From contig JBEBTR010000002.1 in NCBI GenBank assembly GCA_040393725.1, forward strand, positions 20,912 through 84,911: 64,000 nucleotides of DNA. Reading direction: 5' to 3'. Below are positions 37,936 to 48,751 of this stretch, piece by piece. The position numbers and the translations under genes were made by a program. Numbering within the stretch: position 1 is the first letter of the stretch; every line of letters begins with the position of its first letter. Source of the stretch: Sphingobacterium endophyticum. GTDB taxonomy: Bacteria > Bacteroidota > Bacteroidia > Sphingobacteriales > Sphingobacteriaceae. The notes below the pieces were generated by a model that was given only the letters and a program-made list of their open reading frames with translations, did no database searches and was not told where the DNA came from.

Positions 37936-40900
37936 ATGAAGAAATCTTTACTTTTCTTTGCTCTGGTACTTGCAAGTTATGGAACCATCCAAGCTCAGGT
38001 TACCACAAGTAGTATGACTGGTGTTGTGACCCAAACCAATGGAACGACAACTTCAGGAGCTACAATCAAAGCTGTCCACACACCATCTGGAACAACCTAC
38101 ACGGGTTCTGCAAATGAGGCTGGACGTTTTAATCTTGCCAATATGCGTGTTGGCGGACCTTACCGTATTGAAATTACATACATCGGTCAAAACCCTATCG
38201 TTTACGAAGACGTGTACTTACAATTAGGTCAACCTTTTGTTTTAAACCCAGTTTTCGGAGAATCAGTGGGTACTGAAATCGATGAAATTACAGTAGTTGG
38301 TAAAAGAGCCGGGGAAGAAAAAACTGGTGCATCGACTGTAATCAGTAAGCAGCAATTAGAATCACTTCCGACTTTAAGTAGAAGTTTACAGGATTTTACT
38401 CGTCTAACTCCACAAGCTACAGGAAGTAACTCTTTTGGTGGAGCGAACAATCGTTACAATAACATTACCATTGATGGTGCTGTTAATAATGATGTGTTTG
38501 GTTTAGCAGGATCTGGTACTCCAGGTGGACAAGCTAGTACTCAACCTATATCTTTGGATGCGATTCAACAAATTCAAGTTGTTCTTGCACCTTACGATGT
38601 TACCCAAGGAAACTTTACTGGTGGTGGTGTTAACGCGGTAACTCGTTCGGGAACCAACACAGTTGAAGGATCTGTTTATACATTCTTTAGAAATCAGAAT
38701 ACAATCGGTAAAAACGTATTTACTGATGAAAAATCCACTAAATTCTCTGACAATCAATATGGTTTCAGAATTGGTGGTCCCATCATTAAGGACAAATTAT
38801 TCTTCTTTGTGAATGGTGAAATGGGAAGAAGATCTGCTCCATTAGCAAATAATGCTGGTGAACCAGGATCTGCAATCTCTGATGCAACTGCTGCTTTAAT
38901 CGCTAAACACACCTTAGATACTTATGGATATGATGTAGGTTCATACGGTCCTACGGATGTAAGAACTCAAAACAACAAGATCTTTACTAAAGTTGATTGG
39001 AACATTAATGAAAAACATTCATTATCTGTTCGATATAACTTTATTGATGCTTTTGATGACAATATTAGCCGTTCAGGTTCTTTCTTCAGATTTGGAAATA
39101 ATGCGTACCAATTTGCAAACAAACAGCATGTAACGGTTGCGGAATTAAGAAGTAATTTCAATAACCAATTCTCGAACAACTTAATCGTTGGTTACTCAGC
39201 GATTAGAGACAGTAGAGAAATTGCAGGTGGCTTATTCCCTCAGGTTACCATTTTTAATGTGGATGGTAAATCATCGAACTCTGCAGAATTCGGTTCTCAA
39301 AGATCTTCAGTTGCTAACTCATTAGATCAAGATATTTTTGAGTTTACCAATAATTTCAAATGGTACAAAGGTAAACATACCTTTACATTTGGTACTCACA
39401 ATGAATTTTTCAGTTTCAAGAACTTATTCATTAATAACTTAAATGGTCGTTGGGACTTCAACAGTGTTGAAGATTATATCAACAACAAACCAAATAGAGT
39501 TAGAGCAACTTATTCTTTAATCGCTGGAAACGACAGACCATCTGCTGAATTCTCGGCAGCACAGCTAGGATTCTATGCTCAAGGAGAATCTGAATTCATC
39601 GATAACTTAAAGTTAACTTACGGTATCCGTGTAGATGTTCCTATCATTGGTGACAAACCTTTAAGAAATGAAAAAATTGAAGCTTCATTTCCAGGATACA
39701 GAACAGACAATACACCTAGTGGAAAATTATTGTGGGCTCCACGTTTAGGATTCAACTATGATGTTCAGGGTGACCGTTCAATCATCATCCGTGGTGGTGC
39801 TGGTATCTTTACAGGTCGTGTTCCTTTTGTTTGGTTGTCTAACCAATTTACAAACAGCGGAATGTTATTTGGAACTGTTGATGCTTCAGGTGATAAAATT
39901 AATGCTGGTAATGGTTTTGATCCAAATATTGAGAATCAAAAGAATATGGGGTCTGGATCAACTCGCGCTGAGGTTAACTTAGTAAACGAGGATTTCAAAA
40001 TCCCTCAAGTCGCTCGTTTTAACTTAGCAGGTGATTTCAAATTACCTTATGGTATTACGGCAACTTTAGAAGGTATCTATTCTAAAACTATTAATAACAT
40101 CGTTTATTCGGATATTAATATAAAAGGTGAGAACGGAACTGTTCCTACTGAGTTATCGAATGGTGCTGACTTACGTCCTTCTTACAGAGGAAGCAGAGTT
40201 AATAGTGGTGACTTTACTAATGTTATCTTAATGGATAACTCAAATAAAGGTTATACTTATAGCTTAACTGCTCAATTGTCGAAATCGTTTAATAATGGTT
40301 TTAGCGCAATGGTAGCCTATACAAATGGAGGTTCAAAATCTGTAAATGATGGTGCAAGTAGTACGGCATTATCTAACTGGGAATATGTACAAATTGTTAA
40401 CAATCCGAACAGTCCAGATTTAACAAATTCAATCTTCAATATTAAGCACCGTGTGATTGGTAATGTTGGATATACCATCAACTATGGTCGTGACAATATG
40501 TTCGCAACTGGAATTAACTTATTCTATGCAGGAAATTCAGGACAACCTTTCACATACCTATACAATGGTGATTTGAATGGTGACAATGCATTCTCAAACG
40601 ATTTATTGTATGTACCTAGAACTGCGGCTGACATCAAGTTAATTCCGTTAACTTCTGGTGGTACTACTACTTCTCCGGAAGATCAATGGAAAGCTCTTGA
40701 TGAGTACATCAATTCTGATAAATACCTTTCTTCAAGAAGAGGTCAATATGTTGAAAGAAACGGTTCATTTATGCCATGGCAACATCAATTTGACTTAAGA
40801 ATCACTCAGGACATCGGTGCACTTATCAAAGGAAACAAAAATAGATTACAAATTACATTTGACGTATTCAACGTTGGTAACTTGTTGAACAAAGAGTGGG

Positions 40901-41088
40901 GTAGAAATTATTACGTAAGTAATCAAGCATTAACTCTTGTAAACTACGTAAGAAGAACAAATAGTTCTGGTGCGGTTACTCAAGAAGGATTTACTTTCAA
41001 AGCTCCTACAGACAACCAACCATATTCTGTTTCTGACTTAGCTTCTAGATGGCAAGGACAAATCGGTATCCGTTATATCTTCAACTAA
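37936..41088 (+). CDS. TonB-dependent receptor, Oar-like, with carboxypeptidase-regulatory-like N domain
   Basis: Signal IQA|Q; GGPY; NNITIDGAVNNDVFG; APYDVTQGNFTGGGVNAVTRSGTN; APRLGFNY; ends GIRYIFN; ATG at 37936. Confidence 0.92.
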   Translation: MKKSLLFFALVLASYGTIQAQVTTSSMTGVVTQTNGTTTSGATIKAVHTPSGTTYTGSANEAGRFNLANMRVGGPYRIEITYIGQNPIVYEDVYLQLGQPFVLNPVFGESVGTEIDEITVVGKRAGEEKTGASTVISKQQLESLPTLSRSLQDFTRLTPQATGSNSFGGANNRYNNITIDGAVNNDVFGLAGSGTPGGQASTQPISLDAIQQIQVVLAPYDVTQGNFTGGGVNAVTRSGTNTVEGSVYTFFRNQNTIGKNVFTDEKSTKFSDNQYGFRIGGPIIKDKLFFFVNGEMGRRSAPLANNAGEPGSAISDATAALIAKHTLDTYGYDVGSYGPTDVRTQNNKIFTKVDWNINEKHSLSVRYNFIDAFDDNISRSGSFFRFGNNAYQFANKQHVTVAELRSNFNNQFSNNLIVGYSAIRDSREIAGGLFPQVTIFNVDGKSSNSAEFGSQRSSVANSLDQDIFEFTNNFKWYKGKHTFTFGTHNEFFSFKNLFINNLNGRWDFNSVEDYINNKPNRVRATYSLIAGNDRPSAEFSAAQLGFYAQGESEFIDNLKLTYGIRVDVPIIGDKPLRNEKIEASFPGYRTDNTPSGKLLWAPRLGFNYDVQGDRSIIIRGGAGIFTGRVPFVWLSNQFTNSGMLFGTVDASGDKINAGNGFDPNIENQKNMGSGSTRAEVNLVNEDFKIPQVARFNLAGDFKLPYGITATLEGIYSKTINNIVYSDINIKGENGTVPTELSNGADLRPSYRGSRVNSGDFTNVILMDNSNKGYTYSLTAQLSKSFNNGFSAMVAYTNGGSKSVNDGASSTALSNWEYVQIVNNPNSPDLTNSIFNIKHRVIGNVGYTINYGRDNMFATGINLFYAGNSGQPFTYLYNGDLNGDNAFSNDLLYVPRTAADIKLIPLTSGGTTTSPEDQWKALDEYINSDKYLSSRRGQYVERNGSFMPWQHQFDLRITQDIGALIKGNKNRLQITFDVFNVGNLLNKEWGRNYYVSNQALTLVNYVRRTNSSGAVTQEGFTFKAPTDNQPYSVSDLASRWQGQIGIRYIFN

Positions 41089-41109
41089 GATTTAACTTAC
41101 CTTAAATAT

Positions 41110-41142
41110 AAATCCCTTAGTAGAATTACTAAGGGATTTTTT
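41110..41142. terminator. Bidirectional intrinsic terminator
   Basis: AAATCCCTTAGTA-gaat-TACTAAGGGATTTTTT. Confidence 0.85.
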
Positions 41143-41195
41143 ATGCTTATAAATATTATAAAATTTTGAAATATTTGAACCTTCCTTAATCTTAA

Positions 41196-41900
41196 TTAAA
41201 AGTTAGGTTTCAACAGATACTTATCATAGAATCTAAAGATATGTTCAGTTGCCTCTTCAGCGGTGTCAACCATTCTATAGAGATTTAGGTCTTCTTCGCT
41301 GATATATTTATTACCAAGCATTGTATTTTTTATCCAATCAAATAGTCCGTTCCAATATTCTGAACCGACCAAAACAATTGGAAACCTTGCGATTTTTCCG
41401 GTTTGGATTAGGGTTACTGCTTCAAATAATTCATCCATTGTTCCGAAACCGCCCGGAAGAACGATATATCCTTGGGAGTATTTCATGAACATCACTTTAC
41501 GGACAAAGAAGTAATTAAACTCTAATAGTTTGTCGCGGTCAATGTATTTATTATGGAATTGTTCATGTGGAAGTTCGATGTTTAAACCCACGGATTTTCC
41601 TCCGGCATTGTAAGCACCTTTATTGGCTGCTTCCATGATTCCTGGACCACCACCTGATATCACACCGTACCCGCGGTCTGCCAGCAACCTTGCTATTTCC
41701 ACAGTCATCTGATAGTATTTATGCTCATCAGGTGTTCTTGCGGATCCGAAAATCGAAACACAAGGGCCAATTTTAGCCAGTTTCTCAAATCCATCAACAA
41801 ACTCAGACATAATTTTAAAGATTTGCCATGAGTCCTTAACCTTTATTTCTTGCCATGTTTTGTTGGCAAATGAATTTCTTATTTTATCATCTTTCACCAT
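41196..41900 (-). CDS. LOG family (TIGR00730) nucleotide phosphoribohydrolase-like protein
   Basis: VSIFGSAR, SGGGPGIMEAANKGA, YFFVRK, PGGFGTMDELFE. Confidence 0.92.
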   Translation of the reverse strand: MVKDDKIRNSFANKTWQEIKVKDSWQIFKIMSEFVDGFEKLAKIGPCVSIFGSARTPDEHKYYQMTVEIARLLADRGYGVISGGGPGIMEAANKGAYNAGGKSVGLNIELPHEQFHNKYIDRDKLLEFNYFFVRKVMFMKYSQGYIVLPGGFGTMDELFEAVTLIQTGKIARFPIVLVGSEYWNGLFDWIKNTMLGNKYISEEDLNLYRMVDTAEEATEHIFRFYDKYLLKPNF

Positions 41901-42113
41901 CTGGTCTTCATTTATTTTAAGTGCAGGAAAGCTGTTTGCTCACCGTTTTCGATGTAATATAAGATTTTAAATTAAATTTATCTAAAGCTGTTATATTGTT
42001 GTTAATTTTATAGTTTATTGTAAATAATTCAATGAAAATTTGAATTATTAAACTCTTTTTATAAATTTATATCACATAAACCTGTATACATCTATTAATT
42101 TCATAAACCTCTA

Positions 42114-43391
42114 ATGAATAGAAGGGACTTTATTGGCAAAACAGCACTAGGTGCAGCTGCAATTACTATATTACCTCGTCATGTACTTGGAGGAAATGGT
42201 TATTTAGCTCCAAGTGATAAGATTAATTTAGGTTATATAGGTGTTGGAAAACAAGTTCCAACATTATTGCATGGATTAATGAAGCTCCCCGAGACGATGG
42301 TAATCGCGGCTGCAGATGTTGATCGTACAAAACTGAATCATTTTATATTGGAAGCCAATAAGTTAAATGCTTCTAAATCAGGTCACCAAGTAGAAGGATA
42401 TGGGAATTATCGGGATTTGTTAGCCCGTAAAGATATTGATGCGGTCGTTATTGCATCGCCTGATCATTGGCATGCAATGCATGTGATTGACGCTGCCAAA
42501 GCTGGAAAAGATATTTATTGTGAGAAACCATTAGCCTTGACAATTGATGAAGGTAGAGCGATGGTTAATGCTGTACGTAAATATAAGAGAGTTCTGCAAA
42601 CGGGTAGTATGCAACGATCTCAATATAACTTTAGACAAGCTGCTGACTTAATACGAAATGGATATATTGGTGATATTACGGAGGTTAATGTTTCGGTAGG
42701 AGAACCTGTTAAGGAGTGTGATTTACCATCTTTAACAGCACCTGAACATTTGGATTGGGATTTTTGGGTAGGTCCTTCATTATATAGAGGATACAATCCG
42801 ATTTTAAGCCCGTTGTTAGGTGCTCCGGAATGGTCGCTCTGGAGGTTGTATCACGGTTTTGGAGGTGGTTATATTACAGATTGGGGGGCACATATGTTTG
42901 ATATTGTGCAGTGGGCGTTAGGAATGGATAGTTCTGGGCCAGTATCTTTTACTCCTCCGGATATTCCTCAAGCGAAAGAGGGATTATACTTTACCTATAA
43001 AAATGGGATAAAAGTGCATCATAAATCTTGGGGAAATTTCAATGCCATTCAATTCTTGGGTACAGAAGGAAAGATTGAAGTTTCCAGAGAATTTTTAAGA
43101 TCTGACAAACAAAATTTACCAAAGGTAGAAATTGCAGAAAAGGACCGTAAGGTTTATTATTCTGATAATCATTATAAGGACTTTGTCGATTCGATAAAAA
43201 GTCGCAAAAAGCCGATTTGTGATGTCGAAATAGGTCACCGCACGGCAACTGTTTGTAATGCTGTGAATATTGCTTATCAACTTCAAAAACCTATAAAATG
43301 GGATCCCAGAAAAGAAATTTTTGATAATCCTTTTGCAAATAATCTAAAAGGTAGGCCATACCGAGGAAAATGGGATTATTTGGATTTTTAA
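42114..43391 (+). CDS. Gfo/Idh/MocA family oxidoreductase with Tat signal
   Basis: NRRDFI...LPRHVLGG; SPDHWH; YCEKP; DWGAH. Confidence 0.9.
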   Translation: MNRRDFIGKTALGAAAITILPRHVLGGNGYLAPSDKINLGYIGVGKQVPTLLHGLMKLPETMVIAAADVDRTKLNHFILEANKLNASKSGHQVEGYGNYRDLLARKDIDAVVIASPDHWHAMHVIDAAKAGKDIYCEKPLALTIDEGRAMVNAVRKYKRVLQTGSMQRSQYNFRQAADLIRNGYIGDITEVNVSVGEPVKECDLPSLTAPEHLDWDFWVGPSLYRGYNPILSPLLGAPEWSLWRLYHGFGGGYITDWGAHMFDIVQWALGMDSSGPVSFTPPDIPQAKEGLYFTYKNGIKVHHKSWGNFNAIQFLGTEGKIEVSREFLRSDKQNLPKVEIAEKDRKVYYSDNHYKDFVDSIKSRKKPICDVEIGHRTATVCNAVNIAYQLQKPIKWDPRKEIFDNPFANNLKGRPYRGKWDYLDF

Positions 43392-43489
43392 TTTAGAGCA
43401 CACATAGATTTGTTTCATAAACCGATGCGCCAGATATTCGAAAGAATTCTGGCGTATTATTTTGGTCAATATTTTCGTAATTTTGAGCT

Positions 43490-44104
43490 ATGAACTTCTC
43501 GTCAAAATTATTAGAGCAAGCTGTTGAGGAATTTGGAAAACTTCCCGGTGTAGGAAAGAAGACCGCATTGCGTTTGGTTCTCCATTTATTGAAGCAGTCA
43601 GATGCCGAAGTTTCCCAATTTACGGAATCCCTGGATAAACTAAAGCGCGATATCAAATATTGTAAAACCTGTTTCAATATTTCTGATTTAGAGCAATGCG
43701 AAATATGTACTTCACTGAAAAGAGATAAAGGATTGATATGTGTCGTTGAAGATACTAGAGATGTAATGGCTATTGAGAATACAAATCAATATAGTGGGGT
43801 ATATCATGTTTTAGGCGGATTGATTTCGCCTATGGAAGGTGTTGGGCCTGCGGATTTAAAAATTGAAGGTTTAATTGATCGGGTACGAACAGGAGAGATT
43901 AAAGAAGTGATTTTAGCCCTAAGTGCGACGATGGAAGGGGATACGACTATATTTTATCTCTACCGAAAATTGAAGGAATTCAACTTGCAAATTAGTACGA
44001 TTGCTAGAGGGATTGCATTCGGAGGAGAATTGGAATATGTAGATGAAATTACGCTGGGGAGATCTATTGCAACACGTGTACCTTATGAAAGGAATGTTGG
44101 ATAA
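43490..44104 (+). CDS. recR: Recombination mediator RecR
   Basis: [12 protein letters not shown] HhH; CxxC..CxxC Zn finger; YHVLGG; EGDTT; TAATTTTG -7 box at 43478-43485. Confidence 0.96.
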   Translation: MNFSSKLLEQAVEEFGKLPGVGKKTALRLVLHLLKQSDAEVSQFTESLDKLKRDIKYCKTCFNISDLEQCEICTSLKRDKGLICVVEDTRDVMAIENTNQYSGVYHVLGGLISPMEGVGPADLKIEGLIDRVRTGEIKEVILALSATMEGDTTIFYLYRKLKEFNLQISTIARGIAFGGELEYVDEITLGRSIATRVPYERNVG

Positions 44105-44105
44105 T

Positions 44106-45317
44106 TTATGCTTTCATTTTGCTGATAATCCAGTAAAATCCTATTCCACAGAAAATTAAGACTAATCCGGCTGCGATCCATAAGGTATTATAGCCGAAAT
44201 GTTCAGCTGTAAAAGTTCCTAAAAAAGGAGAGAAGATATTAGCAGCCGCAAATGATAAGGAATTAAATCCCATATAAGCACCTTGGTTACTTCGGCTCGC
44301 TCTATTGATTGCTACAGTTGCCGTAAATGGTAGGGTAAGCATCTCTCCTGTTGAAAGGAAGAACATGGCAAGATATAGCCAGGCCATTCCAAAATTGCCC
44401 GTTAACATTAGATAGGACATTCCTGAGATTGCAGTTCCCCAAAGCATAATTTGCCTTACTGAAAATCTATGTTCAACAATATGAACCAAGACCATTTCGA
44501 ACAAGACGATTACTAATCCGCTGAATCCAAGCAAAAGCCCGATTTGGTCTGAATGCAGACTGTGAACCTCTTTATAGTATAGGGGTAATGTGCTTAAAAG
44601 TTGGAAAAAGGCCATTGAAAAGAGACAGCAAAGCACATTAAATATGATAAATAATCCATCGCTATAAGCATTCCTAACCGGTTTGTCTGTATCTTCTGCT
44701 ACTGTTTTGTGTTGGTTAACTTCTGTTCTAGCTTTTCGGTTTCTAAAAAAATAAATAAAAACAATGGCAGCACAAGCTGCTGCAATAGCATTCCCATAAA
44801 ATATCCAGTTATAGGAAAATTTTGCCAAAAAACCTCCCATTGCTGGACCGATTGAAAATCCTAAATTTACAGCCATCCGATTTAAGGAATAAGCTCTAGT
44901 GATGTTTTCGGGTTTTGCATAACGTGCAACTGACACTGAGTTGGCCGGTCTAAATGTATCTGCCACCAAGGTCAGTATGAATATCATCATAGCTAATCCT
45001 TCAAAGGTTCTGAAATGGGGAAGGATTAAAAACAGTGGAATTACCAAAATTAAGCTCCAGGCTTGAACCTTGAAGTTTCCAAATCTATCTGTAAGCCAAC
45101 CACCCAGCCAAGAACCACAAACTGAACCTAATCCAAAACATCCCAGTACCAACCCAATTTGGGTTTTGCTGAATCCCAATTCCGAAGACATATATATCCC
45201 CAGGAATGGTATTACCATTGACCCAGCACGGTTGATTAGCATAACTAATGCTAATAACCACGCTGCAGGCGACAATCCTTTATAGGAATTGATATATAGG
45301 CGGAAAAGTGCTTTCAA
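44106..45317 (-). CDS. MFS transporter (DHA/MdtH-like)
   Basis: INRAGSMV, GGWLTDRFG, FRPAN, NLGFSIGPA, QGAYMG. Confidence 0.88.
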   Translation of the reverse strand: MKALFRLYINSYKGLSPAAWLLALVMLINRAGSMVIPFLGIYMSSELGFSKTQIGLVLGCFGLGSVCGSWLGGWLTDRFGNFKVQAWSLILVIPLFLILPHFRTFEGLAMMIFILTLVADTFRPANSVSVARYAKPENITRAYSLNRMAVNLGFSIGPAMGGFLAKFSYNWIFYGNAIAAACAAIVFIYFFRNRKARTEVNQHKTVAEDTDKPVRNAYSDGLFIIFNVLCCLFSMAFFQLLSTLPLYYKEVHSLHSDQIGLLLGFSGLVIVLFEMVLVHIVEHRFSVRQIMLWGTAISGMSYLMLTGNFGMAWLYLAMFFLSTGEMLTLPFTATVAINRASRSNQGAYMGFNSLSFAAANIFSPFLGTFTAEHFGYNTLWIAAGLVLIFCGIGFYWIISKMKA

Positions 45318-45335
45318 AATATAATGGAAAAAGGG

Positions 45336-46301
45336 TTATGCTATTTTTATATTGTTGCTATCTAAACTTTTATCGATGCTATATGTAGTTGCAATACTTC
45401 TCTTAGTTCCCCTCTTCTTGTCTAAAATAAAATCAATTCTTCCTAGATTGACACCGGAAAATCCTGTCTGATTAACCAGGGTAATCTCATTGTCTAGGTT
45501 TTTAACTTCTGTAGGTTTGTCAAGAAAGGTATGGGTATGTCCACCGATGATTAAATCAATATATCTTGATTTTTTAGCTAACATTAAATCCGATACTTTT
45601 TCTGTTTCGTAACTATATCCGATATGTGATAAGCAAATGATTAAATCACATTTTAAATCATGCTTTAGTTTATGGGTGTATTTTGCAGCAACTTCAATTG
45701 GGTCTGAAATTTTGACACCTTGGTAACTCCTAGGATCAACCATTCCATTTAAATCTACCCCTACTGCAAAAACGCCAATCTTAACACCATCACGTTGGAA
45801 TATGAGGTAATCTTTGGTTTTGCCTTCCATTTTGGTGCCAGTAAAATCATAATTGGAAGTAACAAATGGAAAATTTGCCTTATCAAAATGCTTTAATAAT
45901 CCTTCTAATCCATTATCGAATTCGTGATTTCCAAATGTTCCAGCATCGTATCCTAATTTTGACATTAATTCTAATTCCACTTGTCCGTCAAAAACATTGA
46001 AATAGGGGGTCCCTTGAAACATATCTCCAGCGTCAAATAGCAGGACATTCTTTTCTTCAGATCGTATTTTGTTGATTAAGGTGCTTCGACGTGCTACTCC
46101 TCCAAGTCCTTGTAATCTTGATCCATCCATCGGATATGGTTCGATTCGGCTATGCACATCATTTGTATGAAGAAAAGTAATCTTAACTTCTTTTGATTTA
46201 CTGTATCCCAAAAATGGAATGGAGCTTAATGTGGTAACAGCACCAAGACTTACCACACCTTTAATAAAGTTCCTTCTACTCAATGATTTTAACTCTTCCA
46301 T
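45336..46301 (-). CDS. 5'-nucleotidase N-terminal metallophosphoesterase domain with Tat signal
   Basis: SRRNFIK; HTNDVHS, DAGD..QGT, GNHEFD, LSH, GGHTH. Confidence 0.92.
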   Translation of the reverse strand: MEELKSLSRRNFIKGVVSLGAVTTLSSIPFLGYSKSKEVKITFLHTNDVHSRIEPYPMDGSRLQGLGGVARRSTLINKIRSEEKNVLLFDAGDMFQGTPYFNVFDGQVELELMSKLGYDAGTFGNHEFDNGLEGLLKHFDKANFPFVTSNYDFTGTKMEGKTKDYLIFQRDGVKIGVFAVGVDLNGMVDPRSYQGVKISDPIEVAAKYTHKLKHDLKCDLIICLSHIGYSYETEKVSDLMLAKKSRYIDLIIGGHTHTFLDKPTEVKNLDNEITLVNQTGFSGVNLGRIDFILDKKRGTKRSIATTYSIDKSLDSNNIKIA

Positions 46302-47040
46302 CTAATTTTGATTCTACTTGCTTACCTGCTTTTGTTAATTCTTTGACATAATCAATCAAACCTTCCCTTACCCTTTCAGAGGTTGTTAACCTATAAGTTG
46401 GAGAACTGATACCTCTTACTAAATCCCCTCCATTTGCAATAAAGTCATAAGTGACAAGTTTATAGGTCTTTTTCGGATCTATTTCCTGACCAGCAATCTT
46501 AAAGCTTTGAACTTTTTTATCCTTGATAAGCATTTCAACATTTCCAACTGGTTGACCATGTGTTTCTGCAATAAAGTCTGCCAGTATTCTTACATCTGAT
46601 CCTTTAAGTTCGAGAATGGTGATGTAATTTTCGAAAGGCATGACTTCAAAAATGGACCCTACAGTGACATCTCCCTGTTTTATTCCTGCACGAATCCCAT
46701 CTTTGGTTGCCAGTGAGAATTGAACATCTGGATCTACTTTTCGTCCTATTGCTAATAAAGCATCAACAAAGAAATTACTAAGTTGAGATTCAGGAATATT
46801 CCGGTTTTTGACTAATGCCTCAGGGGCATATCCCAAAACTTCATTCATCTTATCCTCCAGTTGATTTTTATAGGGAAGGATATAATTACTTATAATACTG
46901 TCTTCAGGAATCTGATTATTGATTGCCAACATTTGTTTGTTGGTCACAGTAGACTGATAATAAGTAGTCTTACAGGAATTGAAGACCAAAAGTAAAACCA
47001 TCCAGGGTAGGAGGTTATACTTTGATAGCTGTGATCTCAT
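46276..47040 (-). CDS. 5'-nucleotidase C-terminal domain lipoprotein
   Basis: FNSC lipobox; GIRA, FEVMPFEN, TYDFIANGGD, DGR; TACCTTTG -7 box at 47057-47064. Confidence 0.9.
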   Translation of the reverse strand: MRSQLSKYNLLPWMVLLLVFNSCKTTYYQSTVTNKQMLAINNQIPEDSIISNYILPYKNQLEDKMNEVLGYAPEALVKNRNIPESQLSNFFVDALLAIGRKVDPDVQFSLATKDGIRAGIKQGDVTVGSIFEVMPFENYITILELKGSDVRILADFIAETHGQPVGNVEMLIKDKKVQSFKIAGQEIDPKKTYKLVTYDFIANGGDLVRGISSPTYRLTTSERVREGLIDYVKELTKAGKQVESKLDGRVKIIE

Positions 47041-47140
47041 GATATAAAATTATACGCAAAGGTATTAAGATTGGATTGAATCCAAAAAGAATTAGCTTTA
47101 AATATTGGAATAATAAAGGGATTATTGAGATGCTATTTAC

Positions 47141-48376
47141 TTAGTTCATTCCCAGTCGATCTTCAAAATAACAATTTACAAAATGTCTAGCTAAGGCAAA
47201 GGCTTGTCCATTATCTCCTAATGTTGATACCTGTAGGCTACATCCTGACGCTATCTTGCTCATTGAATAAGTTTGGATCTGTTGCTGAATTGGAGTTATC
47301 ATAAGCATGGATGTTCTTGCAAAACTACCAGACAAAACAATTGTTTCTGGGTTGAAGACTTGCATGAAATGAGCAATGGCACGACCTAATTTACTACCTA
47401 ATTCAGAAATTAACTGAATGGCATATTGATCTCCATCAAGGGCAGATTGAATAATATGGTCAGGAGTCAGCTGTTTGTTCTCATATTTTGAAACGATAAG
47501 CGTAGGAATGCCCAAATCAATATCTTTAGTTGCCTTATTCACTAGGGCATTTCCAGAAACTACGGTTTCCAAACATCCTCTTTTACCACAATAGCATAAT
47601 TCCCCATCATCGGCAAAGCTTATATGCCCCATTTCTCCTGAAAAACCATCTTTTCCATAGTATATAGATCCATTTGATATTATTCCTAATGATATACCCC
47701 AGTCTAAACGAATCACTAAAGCGTCTTTTTTGAATTTTAACTTACCATAAAACTGCTCGGCAAGGGTAGCAACTTTTGCATCGTTTATTATTTTAGTGTT
47801 GATGTTGAATTCACGGGTAAGGTGCTTTTCAAGATTAAATCCTGGTTCATAAAAATAGGTGAAATTTTCTCCAGTATAGCGATCGACTAAACCAGGCATG
47901 GAAATCGATAAGCCGGAAATTTGCTCTATTAACAATTTATGGTCTTTGAGAAATTTTCGAATGAGCATTAAAAATGCGGGTAATTCCCGGAGATCGGTTG
48001 ATATTTCGAATGGATAATAATTTGAGCCAATAATAATATTGCTGTTGTTGTCCACTAATGAAATACGTGCGGATTTTCGATTAAGTTCAACAGTAAGGAC
48101 TTTAAAAAGTTTGTCACTCAATTGGTAGAGATTGGGTTTTCTCCCTCCTAATGATTCACCGCGTTCATGTTGGGTTAAATACTTTTTATCCACCAATTCG
48201 ACCATAAGGTTGTTTAATGTTGGAAAACTCAGTGCTAGGCGTTTCATTAAATCATTCACAGAAGCTTTGTCCAAATCGTAAACTGCCTTTAATAGAAAGA
48301 ATTTTTTCCTTGCCGATTTTGCGGTTTTCTTGGATAATTCGGATGGATTGATGAGAAGCTTTTCTATAATTTTCAT
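47141..48376 (-). CDS. ROK family transcriptional regulator
   Basis: N-terminal HTH (LSFPT...GGRKP), MPGLVD, INDA, GEMGH, CYCGKRGCLE. Confidence 0.9.
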   Translation of the reverse strand: MKIIEKLLINPSELSKKTAKSARKKFFLLKAVYDLDKASVNDLMKRLALSFPTLNNLMVELVDKKYLTQHERGESLGGRKPNLYQLSDKLFKVLTVELNRKSARISLVDNNSNIIIGSNYYPFEISTDLRELPAFLMLIRKFLKDHKLLIEQISGLSISMPGLVDRYTGENFTYFYEPGFNLEKHLTREFNINTKIINDAKVATLAEQFYGKLKFKKDALVIRLDWGISLGIISNGSIYYGKDGFSGEMGHISFADDGELCYCGKRGCLETVVSGNALVNKATKDIDLGIPTLIVSKYENKQLTPDHIIQSALDGDQYAIQLISELGSKLGRAIAHFMQVFNPETIVLSGSFARTSMLMITPIQQQIQTYSMSKIASGCSLQVSTLGDNGQAFALARHFVNCYFEDRLGMN

Positions 48377-48691
48377 GCTCGTCTGCGTTTTAAACAATTA
48401 TGGTAAAATTTTATAACTAGATTCCGGTTTGGTTTGTAAGAATCAATTCTATAAAATTAAACAATTGAATAATTATTTAAAAATTTATCTAAAGAAAATA
48501 AAATAAATTATGTTAAAATTAAAAAAAGATGCAATACAACAAGTAATTTTGATTTGATTTAAAGAAGTTGTTTGTGTGATAAAATTATTAACAGGTTAGT
48601 TTAGTTGTTAATATGCTTGTTTAGCCAGTTAATATTTCATTTTTAACCAGTAAAATTAGAGAATAAGGTAAGGAGTGAAGGTAATAGAAGT

Positions 48692-48731
48692 AAAAAACGA
48701 AGTCGCATCAAACTATTGATGCGACTTCGTT
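48692..48731 (-). terminator. Intrinsic terminator of the PQQ sugar dehydrogenase gene
   Basis: AACGAAGTCGCATCAA-acta-TTGATGCGACTTCGTT, 16-bp perfect stem; U run on minus strand. Confidence 0.85.
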
Positions 48732-48751
48732 ATGCTGCGGGATATATTTTG

